DNA of 64,000 bases from Macrostomum hystrix. Its lineage: Eukaryota; Animalia; Platyhelminthes. The number at the start of each line of letters is the position of its first letter. Position 1 is the first letter of the stretch. This document shows, piece after piece, positions 26,310-39,064 of this stretch. The stretch spans positions 62,001 to 126,000 of the forward strand of contig CATNEN010000040.1 in assembly GCA_950097015.1 (NCBI GenBank), read 5' to 3'. A program made the position numbers and the translations under genes. Below the pieces are notes generated by a model that saw only the letters and a program-made list of their open reading frames with translations, made no database searches and had not been told where the DNA came from.

Positions 26310-26955
26310 AGGGGAGAGGCTTGGAAGGGAGAGGCTAGGAGGGGAGAGGCTAGGAGGGAAGCGGCTAGGAGGAGAGAGGCTAGGAGGGGAGAGGCTAGGA
26401 GGGGAGAGGCTAGGAGGGGAGAGGCTAGGAGGGTAGAGGCTAGGAGGAGAGAGGCTAGGAGGGGAGAGGCTAGGAGGAGAGAGGCTAGGATGGGAGAGGC
26501 TAGGAGGGTAGAGGCTAGGAGGAGAGAGGCTAGGAGGGGAGAGGCTAGGAGGGGAGAGGCTAGGAGGAGAGAGGCTAGGAGGGGAGAGGCTAGGAGGGGA
26601 GAGGCTAGGAGGAGAGAGGCTAGGAGGGGAGAGGCTAGGAGGGGAGAGGCTAGGAGGGGAGAGGCTAGGAGGGGAGAGGCTAGGAGGGGAGAGGCTAGGA
26701 GGGGAGAGGCTAGGAGGGGAGAAGCTAGGAGGGGAGAGGCTAGGAGGGGAGAGGCTAGGATGGGAGAGGCTAGGAGGGGAGAGGCTAGGAGGGAAGCGGC
26801 TAGGAGGAGAGAGGCTAGGAGGAGAGAGGCTAGGAGGGGAGAGGCTAGGAGGGGAGTCACAAGAGCCAGTCACAAGAGCCAGTCACAAGAGTCAGTCACA
26901 AGAGCCAGTCACAAGAGTCAGTCACAAGAGCCAGTCACAAGACTCAGTCACAAGT
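26310..26955. repeat. 15-bp GGGGAGAGGCTAGGA array followed by a 13-bp AGTCACAAGAGCC array
   Basis: Two abutting arrays; switch at about 26855. Confidence 0.95.
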
Positions 26956-27584
26956 GTCAGAAAGCAGGGCCAAGTTTTCCAGCCAATAAATTCTCCATCC
27001 AAAGGCTCGACTCGCCTGTCTGTCTTCCGCGCGCTGAAAATGTTTCCTACCTTCTTCGCACGGACGGGCGCCCCTCGGCATTGGGAAAACTGGTGGTGGT
27101 GGGGAGCTGGGCCCTGGGAAGAGGAATTCTCCCCCTCGGCGCAGTTGCCACACAGACTCCGCTAGATCTGCTCGGTGGGAGATGGGATGGTAGTGGGGGT
27201 CTGGCGGAATCCGCTGGGGTAAACAGGATGAAGCTGTGTGGTCTGGCTGGCTTTTTGGGATAACAACTAGCGAGTCTCCGGGATCACAGAAAAATCCCAC
27301 CCATACACGAAGAGAGAGATTTTTTACTTCCCTGGCTGCGATGCACCCAGGCAGGTAAAATGCGCGGTGACTTTGATGCCTGCGTTGGGGCATTGGGGCA
27401 GGGGGCTTGACGCATCAGCGCGTGCCACAGGAAGCTGGGCGGCTTGAATTACGAAAAATCTGACTTATTCGATTCGCTTGGCCTACTCTGGGCGCTTTTA
27501 TGGATTCAAGTTTTCCTTTTTTCTGGAAATATTTTCTCCTCTAACTGTACTAGATTCATCGAGATCTGACACTTGAGTTGCCAG

Positions 27585-28288
27585 CGATTCCTGACACTAG
27601 TTCACACCGACTCCTGACACTAGCTAACACCGACTCCTGATACTAGTTCACACCGATTCCTGACACAAGTTCACACCGATTCCTGACACAAGTTCACACA
27701 GACTCCTGACACTAGTTCACACCGACTCCTGACACTAGCTAACACCGACTCCTGACACTAGCTAACACCGACTCCTGACACTAGTTCACACCGATTCCTG
27801 ACACAAGTTCACACCGACTCCTGACACTAGCTAACACAGACTCCTGACACTAGTTCACACCGACTCCTGACACTAGCTAACACCGACTCCTGACACTAGC
27901 TAACACCGACTCCTGACACTAGCTAACACCGACTCCTGACACTAGTTCACACCGATTCCTGACACAAGTTCACACCGACTCCTGACACTAGCTAACACCG
28001 ACTCCTGACACTAGTTCACACCGATTCCTGACACAAGTTCACACCGACTCCTGACACTAGCTAACACCGACTCCTGATACTAGTTCACACCGATTCCTGA
28101 CACTAGTTCACACCGACTCCTGACACTAGCTAACACCGACTCCTGACACTAGTTCACACCGACTCCTGACACTAGCTCACACCGACTCCTGACACTAGCT
28201 CACACCGATTCCTGACACTAGCTCACCCCGATTCCTGACACTAGTTCACACCGATTCCTGACACTAGTTCACACCGACTCCTGACTCT
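27585..28288. repeat. 23-bp minisatellite (CTCCTGACACTAGTTCACACCGA)
   Basis: About 30 units. Confidence 0.95.
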
Positions 28289-29654
28289 TGAGTTCCTCAT
28301 TTACTATCAGGATAAGCTGATCCTAGTTTCGCATTAATTTCTCTTAAAGATGATTACTAATATAATTTAGCTTTGTACTCAAATTAGCTACCTACACAAA
28401 GGCTTCTGAGATGTCAACAAGCCACTGTCCATGTTTCTCAGCAATGCGCTAACAGCTAAGATGGCTGGCGCTGATTCGATTAGCACAAACTCCATACTGC
28501 AGGCAAAAGCTAAGCTAGAGTGCAGAAACAAAAGAGACAAGTCAGGCAGGAGCACCGACCGTCCTGAGTCCGCTCAGACCAGAGTCCCGCATTTCCCCGT
28601 ATAAACTCCATTCAATTACAGTTGGCCTATTCGTATATAGGCTGCCTGGTTACAGAGAGTAATTTCGGCTCTCGGCATGGTGGCTATAGCCAAGCAGACT
28701 GATGGACATTGGGGCCGGGCTGTTGTGTGCTTTGATGCAAGCTGAGGATCACGGACTAAGCCGAGAGGCGCCCTTTCGACGTCGCCTGAATGAGCCGGGC
28801 AGGCGAAATTGGGGAGAATCGGAAAGGGAGGAGGGAAATGAAGACTACATTGGGGATTCTAAGGATAGAATATAATTATTATTTGTGACGGCCATGCACT
28901 GACTGCATTCATCTGATAGGGGGGGGTATAATGAGGGTGACGGAGAGCAAGCAGATTGATAGGCAGATGGTGAGCACAATGTTCAAATAGGGCACAGTTA
29001 AGCAGCAGTGACTCTTTACGAGTACATTATAGGGATAATTACAGTACGGGGGGAAGGTATGCTTGCCGCGAGTCGTGGCCGAGACGGGTTGGGCTCAACT
29101 GCATGAGCTGCAATTAAATTTTTTGCGAGTCACAGCCAGATTAGGCGAAGGGACAGAGAACCGCTGCTGCTGCTGCTGCTGCTGAATAAGAAGAAGACAG
29201 ATAGGCCAATGCATAGTGGGAAGACATGAAGCCGACATGACTAGACGCTGCAGTGAAGAGGGCTCAAACCCCCGGGGATACCCCGTCTCCTCCTCTGAGA
29301 AGACTAACTTTGATGAAAAAAATTGCCCGAGTCTCCTCCAGAAATGGGGCCGCAAAGAAAGAAGCCGGGACGACAGGCAGGGGAGGTGGGCTGCGACCTG
29401 CACGCGACTGCGGGCTCGAGGAGAATGCATTTATTAGTCATAAAAGTCGTGCGCCAAAACCGAGGGGACTCAAAGCCTGTCCTTTTCTGTTGCATTTCGT
29501 TTGTTGGCCAGCCGTCGAATTAAAAACAGAATTATGAATGCCGTCTGGCTTGGATAAGCAATTTTCTTATCCTTCATACACTTCATTTTCTTTTATTGTC
29601 GCTTTTCCTCTCTTGATTACGAGCTAGAAGCCAATGCTGATCGCATGCTTTTCA

Positions 29655-30100
29655 AATCCTATCTTATCCCACCCCATCCTATCATATTCTATCACATCTT
29701 ATCCTATCCTATCCTATTCTATCCTATCCTATTCTATCCTATCCCATTATATCCTATCCTATTATATCCCATCTTATCCTATTCTATCCTATCCTATTCT
29801 ATCCTATCCTATTATATCCCATCTTATCCTATCCTATCCTATCCTATTATATCCAATCCTATTATATCCCATCTTATCCTATCCTATCCTATCCTATCCT
29901 ATATTTTTCTATCCTATCCTATTATATCCTATCCTTTTCTATCCTATCCTATTATATCCTATTCTATTATATCCTATCCTATTATATCCTATCCCATTCT
30001 ATCCTATCCGATTATATCCAATCCTATTCTATCCTGTCCTATTCTATTCTGTCCTATTCTACCCTATCCCATCATATCCCATCTTTTCCTATCCTTTCCT
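29655..30100. repeat. (TATCC)n-type degenerate microsatellite
   Basis: Seen directly. Confidence 0.9.
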
Positions 30101-31179
30101 TTCCTGGCCAACATCTTCTGTCATATTCAGTAATCTATACGTTTTTTCTCACTTTTAGTACATTCCTAAACTTTAATAGGCCACATAGCAGCAGATCGAA
30201 GCACTTTTAGTCGGCCAATTCAATAAGCAGGTAATGCATTTGCCATCAGAGATGGAAACAGAAGTCAAACCCACTCCGAGGCAGCCCAGTGATTTTGCTC
30301 ACCATCAGCGGCAAGAATTCAGTCGAAATGGAGAAACAGAGTAAAAAACACGCAGCGAAATACAAAGGGCCCGCAGCTCGCATCCGATTTTCAGCTGCCA
30401 AGTCGAGCAAAGCCAAGCCCCGGTGGCCTGAAGCAACTGCACTTCACTGAGCAGGAGGTCCTCCCCCCCATGTCCGACACAGCTCCCCTCAGTCCTCTCC
30501 TCCCGCTCTCCTCCTCGAGAGAGCTAAAGGGTTCTTTCAGCTCAGCTTTTTTTGCAGAAAAGAACCAGCGGCGCTCAGAGGGAGGGCCGAGCGAGACGTG
30601 AAAAATTCCATTCTTAGTGAGGCTGCTCCGTCTCTCTCTTCCCCACTCTCAAAGCGCCCAACCCTTCAATGAGGGTGGGGGGGGTGGCGCATTTTTAAAA
30701 GTCCTCAATCTGTAGAGCGCCTCTGCTTCCCCAGTCCCTCTCGCCGTCTGCTCCCCTGCCTGTCCCAATGTCTGCGCGCCAGGGTTTTTGGGACCAGGGC
30801 TGTGGCCGTAATCGCTGCTTCGCGCCTCATTAATTATTAATTAGCGGCTGCCAGCGGCCGCAGGCGGGGCTAGTCCGGGGGTTGTGGCTCATTATGCCAG
30901 CTCACAGGATCCACAGGCGTGCCAGCTCCAGACTGCGCCCGTACTCCTGTGGTTGACCATACAATACTTACAATAATACTAATCCCTATCATACGCCTAA
31001 TTCTTTCCCTACCCTACCCAACTATTTCACCAAAACAAGCATTAAAAATCATTTCAAGTGGGTCGAGACAAATGCCAACATAAGGCACATAAATACAGGT
31101 TAGAGGAGGATCCAATACTATGGTGCGCGCAGCGTTGTTCATCACATCTACTAAAAGCAGAAGGCGGCCTGTCCTGTTT

Positions 31180-32678
31180 TTCATGGACTCCTTCCCCAGT
31201 CCTTCAGTGGACTCCCGAGTCCTTCAGTGGACTCCCCAGTCCTTCAGTAGACTCCCCAGTCCTTCAGTAGACTCCCCAATCCTTCAGTAGACTCCCCAGT
31301 CCTTCAGTAGACTCCCCAGTCCTTCAGTAGACTCCTTCCCCAGTCCTTCAGTAGACTCCTTCCCCAGTCCTTCAGTAGACTCCTTCCCCAGTCCCTTCAG
31401 TAGACTCCTTCCCCAGTCCTTCAGTAGACTCCTTCCCCAGTCCTTCAGTAGACTCCTTCCCCAGTCCCTTCAGTAGACTCCTTCCCCATTCCTTCAGTAG
31501 ACTCCCCAGTCCTTCAGTAGACTCCCCAGTCCTTCAGTAGACTCCCCAGTCCTTCAGTAGACTCCCCAGTCCTTCAGTAGACTCCCCAGTCCTTCAGTAG
31601 ACTCCCCAGTCCTTCAGTATACTCCCCAATCCTTCAGTAGACTCCCCAGTCCTTCAGTAGACTCCCCAGTCCTTCAGTAGACTCCCCAGTCCTTCAGTAG
31701 ACTCCCCAATCCTTCAGTAGACTCCCCAGTCCTTCAGTAGACTCCCCAGTCCTTCAGTAGACTCCCCAATCCTTCAGTAGACTCCCCAGTCCTTCAGTAG
31801 ACTCCCCAGTCCTTCAGTAGACTCCCCAGTCCTTCAGTGGACTCCCCAGTCCTTCAGTAGACTCCCCAGTCCTTCAGTAGACTCCCCAGTCCTTCAGTAG
31901 ACTCCCCAGTCCTTCAGTAGACTCCCCAGTCCTTCAGTATACTCCCCAATCCTTCAGTAGACTCCCCAGTCCTTCAGTAGACTCCCCAGTCCTTCAGTAG
32001 ACTCCCCAATCCTTCAGTAGACTCCCCAGTCCTTCAGTAGACTCCCCAGTCCTTCAGTAGACTCCCCAGTCCTTCAGTAGACTCCCCAGTCCTTCAGTAT
32101 ACTCCCCAATCCTTCAGTAGACTCCCCAGTCCTTCAGTAGACTCCCCAGTCCTTCAGTAGACTCCCCAGTCCTTCAGTAGACTCCCCAGTCCTTCAGTAG
32201 ACTCCCCAGTCCTTCAGTAGACTCCCCAGTCCTTCAGTAGACTCCCCAGTCCTTCAGTAGATTCCCCAGTCCTTCAGTATACTCCCCAATCCTTCAGTAG
32301 ACTCCCCAGTCCTTCAGTAGACTCCCCAGTCCTTCAGTAGACTCCCCAATCCTTCAGTAGACTCCCCAGTCCTTCAGTAGACTCCCCAGTCCTTCAGTAG
32401 ACTCCCCAGTCCTTCAGTAGACTCCCCAGTCCTTCAGTATACTCCCCAATCCTTCAGTAGACTCCCCAGTCCTTCAGTAGACTCCCCAGTCCTTCAGTAG
32501 ACTCCCCAGTCCTTCAGTAGACTCCCCAGTCCTTCAGTAGGACTCCCCAGTCCTTCAGTAGACTCCCCAGTCCTTCAGTAGACTCCCCAGTCCTTCAGTA
32601 GACTCCCCAGTCCTTCAGTAGACTCCCCAATCCTTCAGTAGACTCCCCAGTCCTTCAGTAGACTCCCCAGTCCTTCAG
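31180..32678. repeat. 20-bp minisatellite (ACTCCCCAGTCCTTCAGTAG)
   Basis: About 75 units, highly homogeneous. Confidence 0.97.
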
Positions 32679-33679
32679 CGGGCTAAATTAAAATAACAGT
32701 ATAGTCTAACTCTATAGAAGGTTTGAATGCATAAAAATTTGACAGCGCTTCAACATAATAAAGTTGAAATAATGAAATAAGCTTGTCGCTCATTGCACTA
32801 AGCTCAGATAGACAGGCTGCAACAATTCATTGTGGTTTTATTAATGGTTCATTCGCATTGTTCAGTGACAGATGGGAGTGCATGTAAAATGTAATTAATT
32901 TAGTAGATAGCAATAGACCTGATAGCCATAACAATAGGTTGGGGATATGAAAAATTCAATGTTTTTATCTACTCAAAATTAATATATTCATTCAACATCA
33001 ATCAATAATAAGCCAGACTTTATATACAAAAAAATTCTATTGAATATAATATAATATCTAGATAATACAGTTTCGTAAGCATACACGCAGACTAGTACAT
33101 AATATAATCTACCTAGACACAATCAGAACTGCAAGAGTACTTTTACTAAAGTACAAAATTGTGTACAACAAACAGCAAATAATGTTAGATTTGAAAAAAA
33201 CAACGCAAACATGCTAAAATTGGAATGAATAATGAAATCATATAATAAAACAATAACTGCGATACTGTACGATCGGTTTCGATTTAAAACCGCTAGTAAA
33301 ACACAATAAATCTCACTTACATCTATGGTCGATAAAAACATTTTTGCTGCAAAAAATACAGACAATAAGATTGCGTTGTAGAATCAGAGTAAAATTAATA
33401 TCATAGGATAATGTCATGATCAATCAAATGACTATGGTCATGAATAAATAGATGCTTTAAATCAGTTCGTCTGTAAAATATTCTTTATAAGCCTGTACAT
33501 AAATAAAGTTACTTTTAGATGATTAATTTGGTGTTTCATTATTTGGGCTGAACAGTACAGGACAGACAGACGGGAAACTTTGTGTACAGATGTTACACTT
33601 CACATTGTGATTTTAAGACAAAACATGCAATAAATAAATGACATTAAACTGACTTGATTGATAGCAAATGAATATTTGA

Positions 33680-34085
33680 TTTATTGATCAGATCGATTCT
33701 TAATTCTGATTGATTGATCAGATCGGATCGATTCTTAATTCTGGTTGATTGATCAGATCAGATTAATTCTTATTTCTAATTGATTGATCAGATCGGATCG
33801 ATTCTTAATTCTGATTGATTAATCAGATCGGATCGATTCTTAATTCTGATTGATTGATCAGATCAGATCGATTCTTAATTCTGATTGATTGATCAGATCA
33901 GATCGATTCTTATTTCTAATTGATTGATCAGATCGGATCGATTCTTAATTCTGATTGATTGATCAGATCAGATTGATTTTTATTGCTAATTGATTGATCA
34001 GATCAGATCGGATTGATTCTTAATTCTGATTGAATGATCAGATCAGATCGGATTGATTCTTAATTCTGATTGATCAGATCAGTCC
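33680..34085. repeat. GATC-rich minisatellite of about 33-38 bp (GATTGATCAGATCGGATCGATTCTTAATTCT)
   Basis: Lies between the syntrophin stop (34133) and a minus-strand AATAAA at about 33680-33685. Confidence 0.9.
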
Positions 34086-34132
34086 CTGGTTTCGAACTGG
34101 GCCCGCGCAGAGTCAAAGTGTCGAAGTACTGC

Positions 34133-37100
34133 TTAAGTGAGCAGCAGGCCGTGCCTGTGCAGCTTGGAGCTGAGAATGGTGTGCAGGATGAACACGAACG
34201 GCTTCGGGCAGCCCAGCAGGTCCAACTCGAACTGGCCCTGCTCGCCAAAGTCCAGCCAGGCCAGCCGTTGGCCGTCATCAGCCGAGCGTTGCAGGCTCTC
34301 GTAGGGCAGGCACCAGAGCTGCCGGCCGCTCGCCGCCTCCCGCATGGCGAAGCCGCAGTCGGCGTGCAGCACCAGCCGGCAGTCGTGGCCGGCGTAGCGA
34401 CAGGCGACGGCCACCTCTTGAGCGCTGTCGACAGCCGAATGGGCGGCGTCGATGAGAGTTCGCGACCAAGCGGCCAGATCGGCCTCGGTTTCAACGCGGA
34501 AGACGTGCGCCTCAACGCCGAGCCGGCCGCCAGTGCGAGTGCCGAACAGGAAGTAGGCGGCCTGGCGGGCTGTCGGCACCAGGCGGGTGGCCAGCAGCGG
34601 ATGCTGGTGCAGCGGCGTTGACCAGGCCTCCCGACTGGCCGGGGCGCACTCGTACAGCAGGATGTCCCGGTCTGAGATGGCACAGAAGGCTGGACGCCAG
34701 CCCGGATGACCGGAGTCGTCGTGCACCTGGGGAATGGCGGGTGAGAATGGCTTTCGGGTGAGAATTGCTGTTACTTGGGAGATAATGGGAGACACTATGT
34801 TGAGAATGGCGGTTTCGGGGTGAGAATGACGGTAACTAGGGTGAGAATGACGGTAACTAGGGTGAGAATGACGGTAACTAGGGTGAGAATGACGGTAACT
34901 AGGGTGAGAATGACGGTAACTAGGGTGAGAATGCCGGTTACTAGGGTGAGAATGCCGGTAACTAGGGTGAGAATAGCAGTCCTAGAAGGGCAATAGGAAT
35001 AGTCAGGCTGACAATTAGAGACGTCAAAGGCCTCCTATGAGTCGGTGAAAGGCCTCGTTTCCTGCTGTTAAACCCGATTATTCACACCTGAACAAGCGGC
35101 CCAGTCATTTAAAATCTGCCGTGTAAGTCCTACCCGGGAGTAAGGCAGACAGGGACGCAGCTGTGACTGTGCTTCTGACTCTATTCCGGTAGAAAGTGAA
35201 AGGCAGAGAGCCAGGGTATTGAATCAATAGATGCAATTATTGCATAATAACCCTAGTGTCAGTGGTGAGTGTCAGTGGTGAGTGTCAGTGGGGAGTGTCA
35301 GTGGTGAGTGTCAGTGGGGAGTGTCAGTGGGGAGTGTCAGTGGGGAGTGTCAGTGGGGAGTGTCAGTGGGGAGTGTCAGTGGGGAGTGTCAGTGGGGAGT
35401 GTCAGTGGGGAGTGTCAGTGGTGAGTGTCAGTGGGGAGTGTCAGTGGTGAGTGTCAGTGGGGAGTGTCAGTGGGGAGTGTCAGTGGGGAGTGTCAGTGGT
35501 GAATGTCAGTGGTGAGTGTCAGTGGGGAGTGTCAGAGGGGAGTGTCAGTGGGGAGTGTCAGTGGGGAGTGTCAGTGGGGATTGTCAGTGGGGAGTGTCAA
35601 GCTAATGCAATCGCGGGCCAAAATGCCTTTTCAGACATCACTCACAGCATTTTATTCGCAATCAAAATCTTTAATTAAAACCTATCCATTTATTTCGCTT
35701 CCACCCAGGTGTCGGTCTGTGACACTCAGGTGGGAAGTCACAAAGCTCACTCACCGATCTATCTGAATTATTTCTAATTGAAAAGCTGGCACGCATATGG
35801 TGCATGGCAGTGGCTCTTTATATAAGAAAATTGATTCCTCGACAAGCTTTGGGTGGGATCGTGAGAAAAAAAAAGCTCAATGTACTATTATGGGGAGCTG
35901 AAGCATAGGGTCAAATGACTCCAGAAGGTACATTCATGATATAGAAGCTTTCCTCGAGATGCAAGCAATGGCTGGTGCAAATAACGATGGTCATGACCGA
36001 TTGTAAACTCGTAGGGTTGACTGATAGTAAACTGGGAGTGTGTTATGACCGATAGTAAACTGGGAGTGTGTTATGACCTATAGTAAACTGGGAGGGTGTT
36101 ATGACCGATGGTAAACTGTGATGGTTATGACCGATAGTAAACTGGGATGGCTATGACCGATTGTAAACTGGGATTGGCTATGACCGATGGTAAACTGTGA
36201 TCGTTATGACCGATAGTAAACTGGGATGGCTATGACCGATTGTAAACTGGGATTGGCTATGACCGATGGTAAACTGTGATGGTTATGACCGATAGTAAAC
36301 TGGGATGGCTATGACCGATTGTAAACTGGGATTGGCTATGACCGATGGTAAACTGGGATGGCTATGACCGATTGTAAACTGGGATTGGCTATGACCGATT
36401 GTAAACTGGGATTGGCTATGACCGATTGTAAACTGGGAGGGTGTTATGACCGATAGTAAACTGGGATGGTTATGACCGATAGTAAACTGGGATGGTTATG
36501 ACCGATAGTAAACTGGGATTGGCTATGACCGATAGTAAACTGTGATTGTTATGACCGATTGAAAACTGGGATGGTTATGACCGATTGTAAACTGAAATTA
36601 TTCAAGTGAACAATGGCCAATGACTGACTGACCTGCTCAGCCAGCCAGCCCATCCTCTTGACCTCCTGGCTGGCGGGCAGCACCCGGTTGAGCTCAGCCA
36701 GGCAGGCCGCGGTCAGTAGGTCGATCTGGGCGTGCAGCGCGGCGAACCAGACGCTTGCCCGCTCGGGTGAAGGACAGCGCAGCAGGCAGGAGCGCTTGCA
36801 GCAGGGGCTGTGCAGCTCCAGGCAGCAGCGGCCGGGGTCTGGAAGGCTGAGGCCGCGGCACAGGTAGCTCAGCCGCAGCGGGACGCATCGGCGCTCGCCA
36901 CCACCTGAGGCGGCCGCGGTTCCCGGCGGTGCAGTGGCGGCCGCGGCGGCGACTGCTGCCGATGATGCAGCCGTTGATGCCGGCTGAGCCTGTTGGCAAG
37001 AGCAGAAAATCAACCAGAGAATAGCAGATTAAGCCCAAAGAATGTCGCGAAATTTGGATATTTTAGAACCCACATTGTGGATTTAGAATCCAAGTCATTC

Positions 37101-39064
37101 AGAATCTGGGATCGCTTTTGAGGATCTCAGAGAACTCGATCCCACTTTTGAGGATCTCGGAGAACTCGATCCCACTTTTGAGGATCACAGAGAACTCTAT
37201 CCCACTTTTGAGGATCTCGGAGAACTCGATCCCACTTTTGAGGATCTCAGAGAACTCGATCCCACTTTTGAGGATCTCAGAGAACTCGATCCCACTTTAA
37301 TCAGCCACAGAGACTGAGCAGTAAGCACTCACGCCGGAGGCCAGGGGCACAGACTCGGCCGGGCCGCCCCAGCCGACCTCGGCCAGGGTGGCGGCTGTGG
37401 GCTTTCGAAAATACGGCGTCACCTCGCGCAGAAATTTGACTTCCAGTTCGACAGTTCGGCCGGCCTTTTTTAACGCCTTGACAGCGTCGTCGTGGCTTGC
37501 CTCGCGCAGATCCTCGCCGTTGACAGACAGGATGGCGTCACCGACGTACAGAGCGCCGGAGTTGTCAGCGGCCATTCCGGCGAAGATCTTGCTGATGAGG
37601 ATTGGCATCTTATTCTCGCGGCCGCCTTTGATGCTGATGCCGAGGCCGACATTCTCTTCCTTGACTATGCGGACTAGGCGCTTCTGGGAGGAGGGTGTAT
37701 CGCCAGCAGTCCCTGATGATGGAGTCTGAGCCGATGGGTCTGAATAGGGGGTGGGGGGCAAGACAAAAATGAAAACTGAATAGCTGCTTATAGAATACCA
37801 GGATATAGAAGTGTTTTTCTTTGCTATGTTGAACCATTTTATCTTTATGGGTGCATCACAAAAAGTGTTCGAAATAATGTTATACCTTAGTCGAAGTTAA
37901 TTACTTAAGCCTGGGTAATATGTTATCCAAGGGTGTACTTTATTAAACTTTTAATAAATGGTACTTTTGAGTCCCAGAATTTTTGCATTAGAAAAAAATA
38001 ATTTAATAGTCAGATTCTAGTACAGTTGATTTTTAGTTATATTGCTTAATAACAAACTAATTTTCAGTTTAAAAGAACAATATTTTAATCTGCCTGTCTG
38101 TGTTAGTTACAAGTAAAACCCAAAACAAATTTACTTTATAAAAAAGTCTATTGAATATATTAGTGTAATTTGTTTTCCATTCTCATATTGACAGCAAGGC
38201 CTTAGTTTCTTGGTTTCATCTTTTAAAAATATGATTGTTTATGCATTTATTTTTAAGCACATGAACTAAAAAATGTAAATGTCATATGGTAATTGTAATA
38301 GCTACACTGATAAGTGGAATGGCTTAAAAACTTTTATATAGATAACTAATAAATAGAATGTTATGATTTATAGTTAAAAGCTTTGAAAATAACTTTATTT
38401 GCAGTCACAATACATAAAATGACAAAACTTCACATTATCATACATTTTCTATACCAAAATATTTCATATTCTTATTTCTTATACAAAAGTCAAATACAAA
38501 TAAGTGAAAAATAAAAATATATTTCAATAGTTCCATTTTCATATCACAGAACCTACCTTTGTGAGTATCATTAGCACCATTTGAAGTTGTAACACCATCA
38601 TTATCATCAGAGGGACCATTTGAAGATTTATAGGAATCATCACCTGACCTGTGCTTTCCACTGTCAGATCTTAGTAGATTCTGACCACTCTGGAATGTCT
38701 TTGCAGATCCTCTTAAAGATGACTCCTGAACTAAGCATGGTTGAAAACTTTTAGAAAAACTACTTTCTGCCTTTGAAGCCTCATCAGATGATGCTGCTTT
38801 TGTCAGCTGGCTTTGTTTGGCAGATTGAGACAATTCTGTTCCAGCTCCTTGAACCTGATGACTTTCAGAGCTACAAATGTCGCCATTTTTTGCATTTTGT
38901 GGCACAGCATCAATCTTTGGTAGATTTTCAACAACAGATGAGGCAGGGATAAAAATAATTAAGGAATCCTCAAGTAAAGACACAGTAACCGTAATCCATT
39001 TTTGGCGAACATATATCTCTAAATCTTCTGTTAAAATGCACGTATCCAATGCCATTGTAGACAT
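34133..39064 (-). CDS. SNTB1: Alpha/beta-type syntrophin (split PH1, PDZ, PH2, SU); predicted exons 39064-38557, 37739-37333, 36989-36633, 34726-34133
   Basis: [31 protein letters not shown]...[31 protein letters not shown]2 and SU ([19 protein letters not shown]) are diagnostic. GT-AG junctions join in phase 1,0,0. Orthology among SNTA1/SNTB1/SNTB2 cannot be resolved by eye. Confidence 0.93.
34790..34975. repeat. 21-bp minisatellite (GGTGAGAATGACGGTAACTAG)
   Basis: Syntrophin intron 3; degenerate units run into the acceptor pyrimidine tract. Confidence 0.9.
35255..35600. repeat. 13-bp minisatellite (GAGTGTCAGTGGG)
   Basis: Syntrophin intron 3. Confidence 0.95.
35990..36595. repeat. 26-27-bp minisatellite (ATGACCGATAGTAAACTGGGATGGTT)
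   Basis: Syntrophin intron 3, starting about 40 bp from the donor. Confidence 0.93.
37115..37298. repeat. 30-bp minisatellite (TTTTGAGGATCTCAGAGAACTCGATCCCAC)
   Basis: About 6 units in syntrophin intron 2. Confidence 0.93.

Noticed and set aside
34070-34621. Antisense or overlapping ORFs over GC-rich exons (e.g. 34070-34621, 43302-43667, 46873-47451, 44024-44494, 57337-58026)
   Set aside because: These are shadow ORFs of real GC3-rich coding sequence on the other strand or frame.
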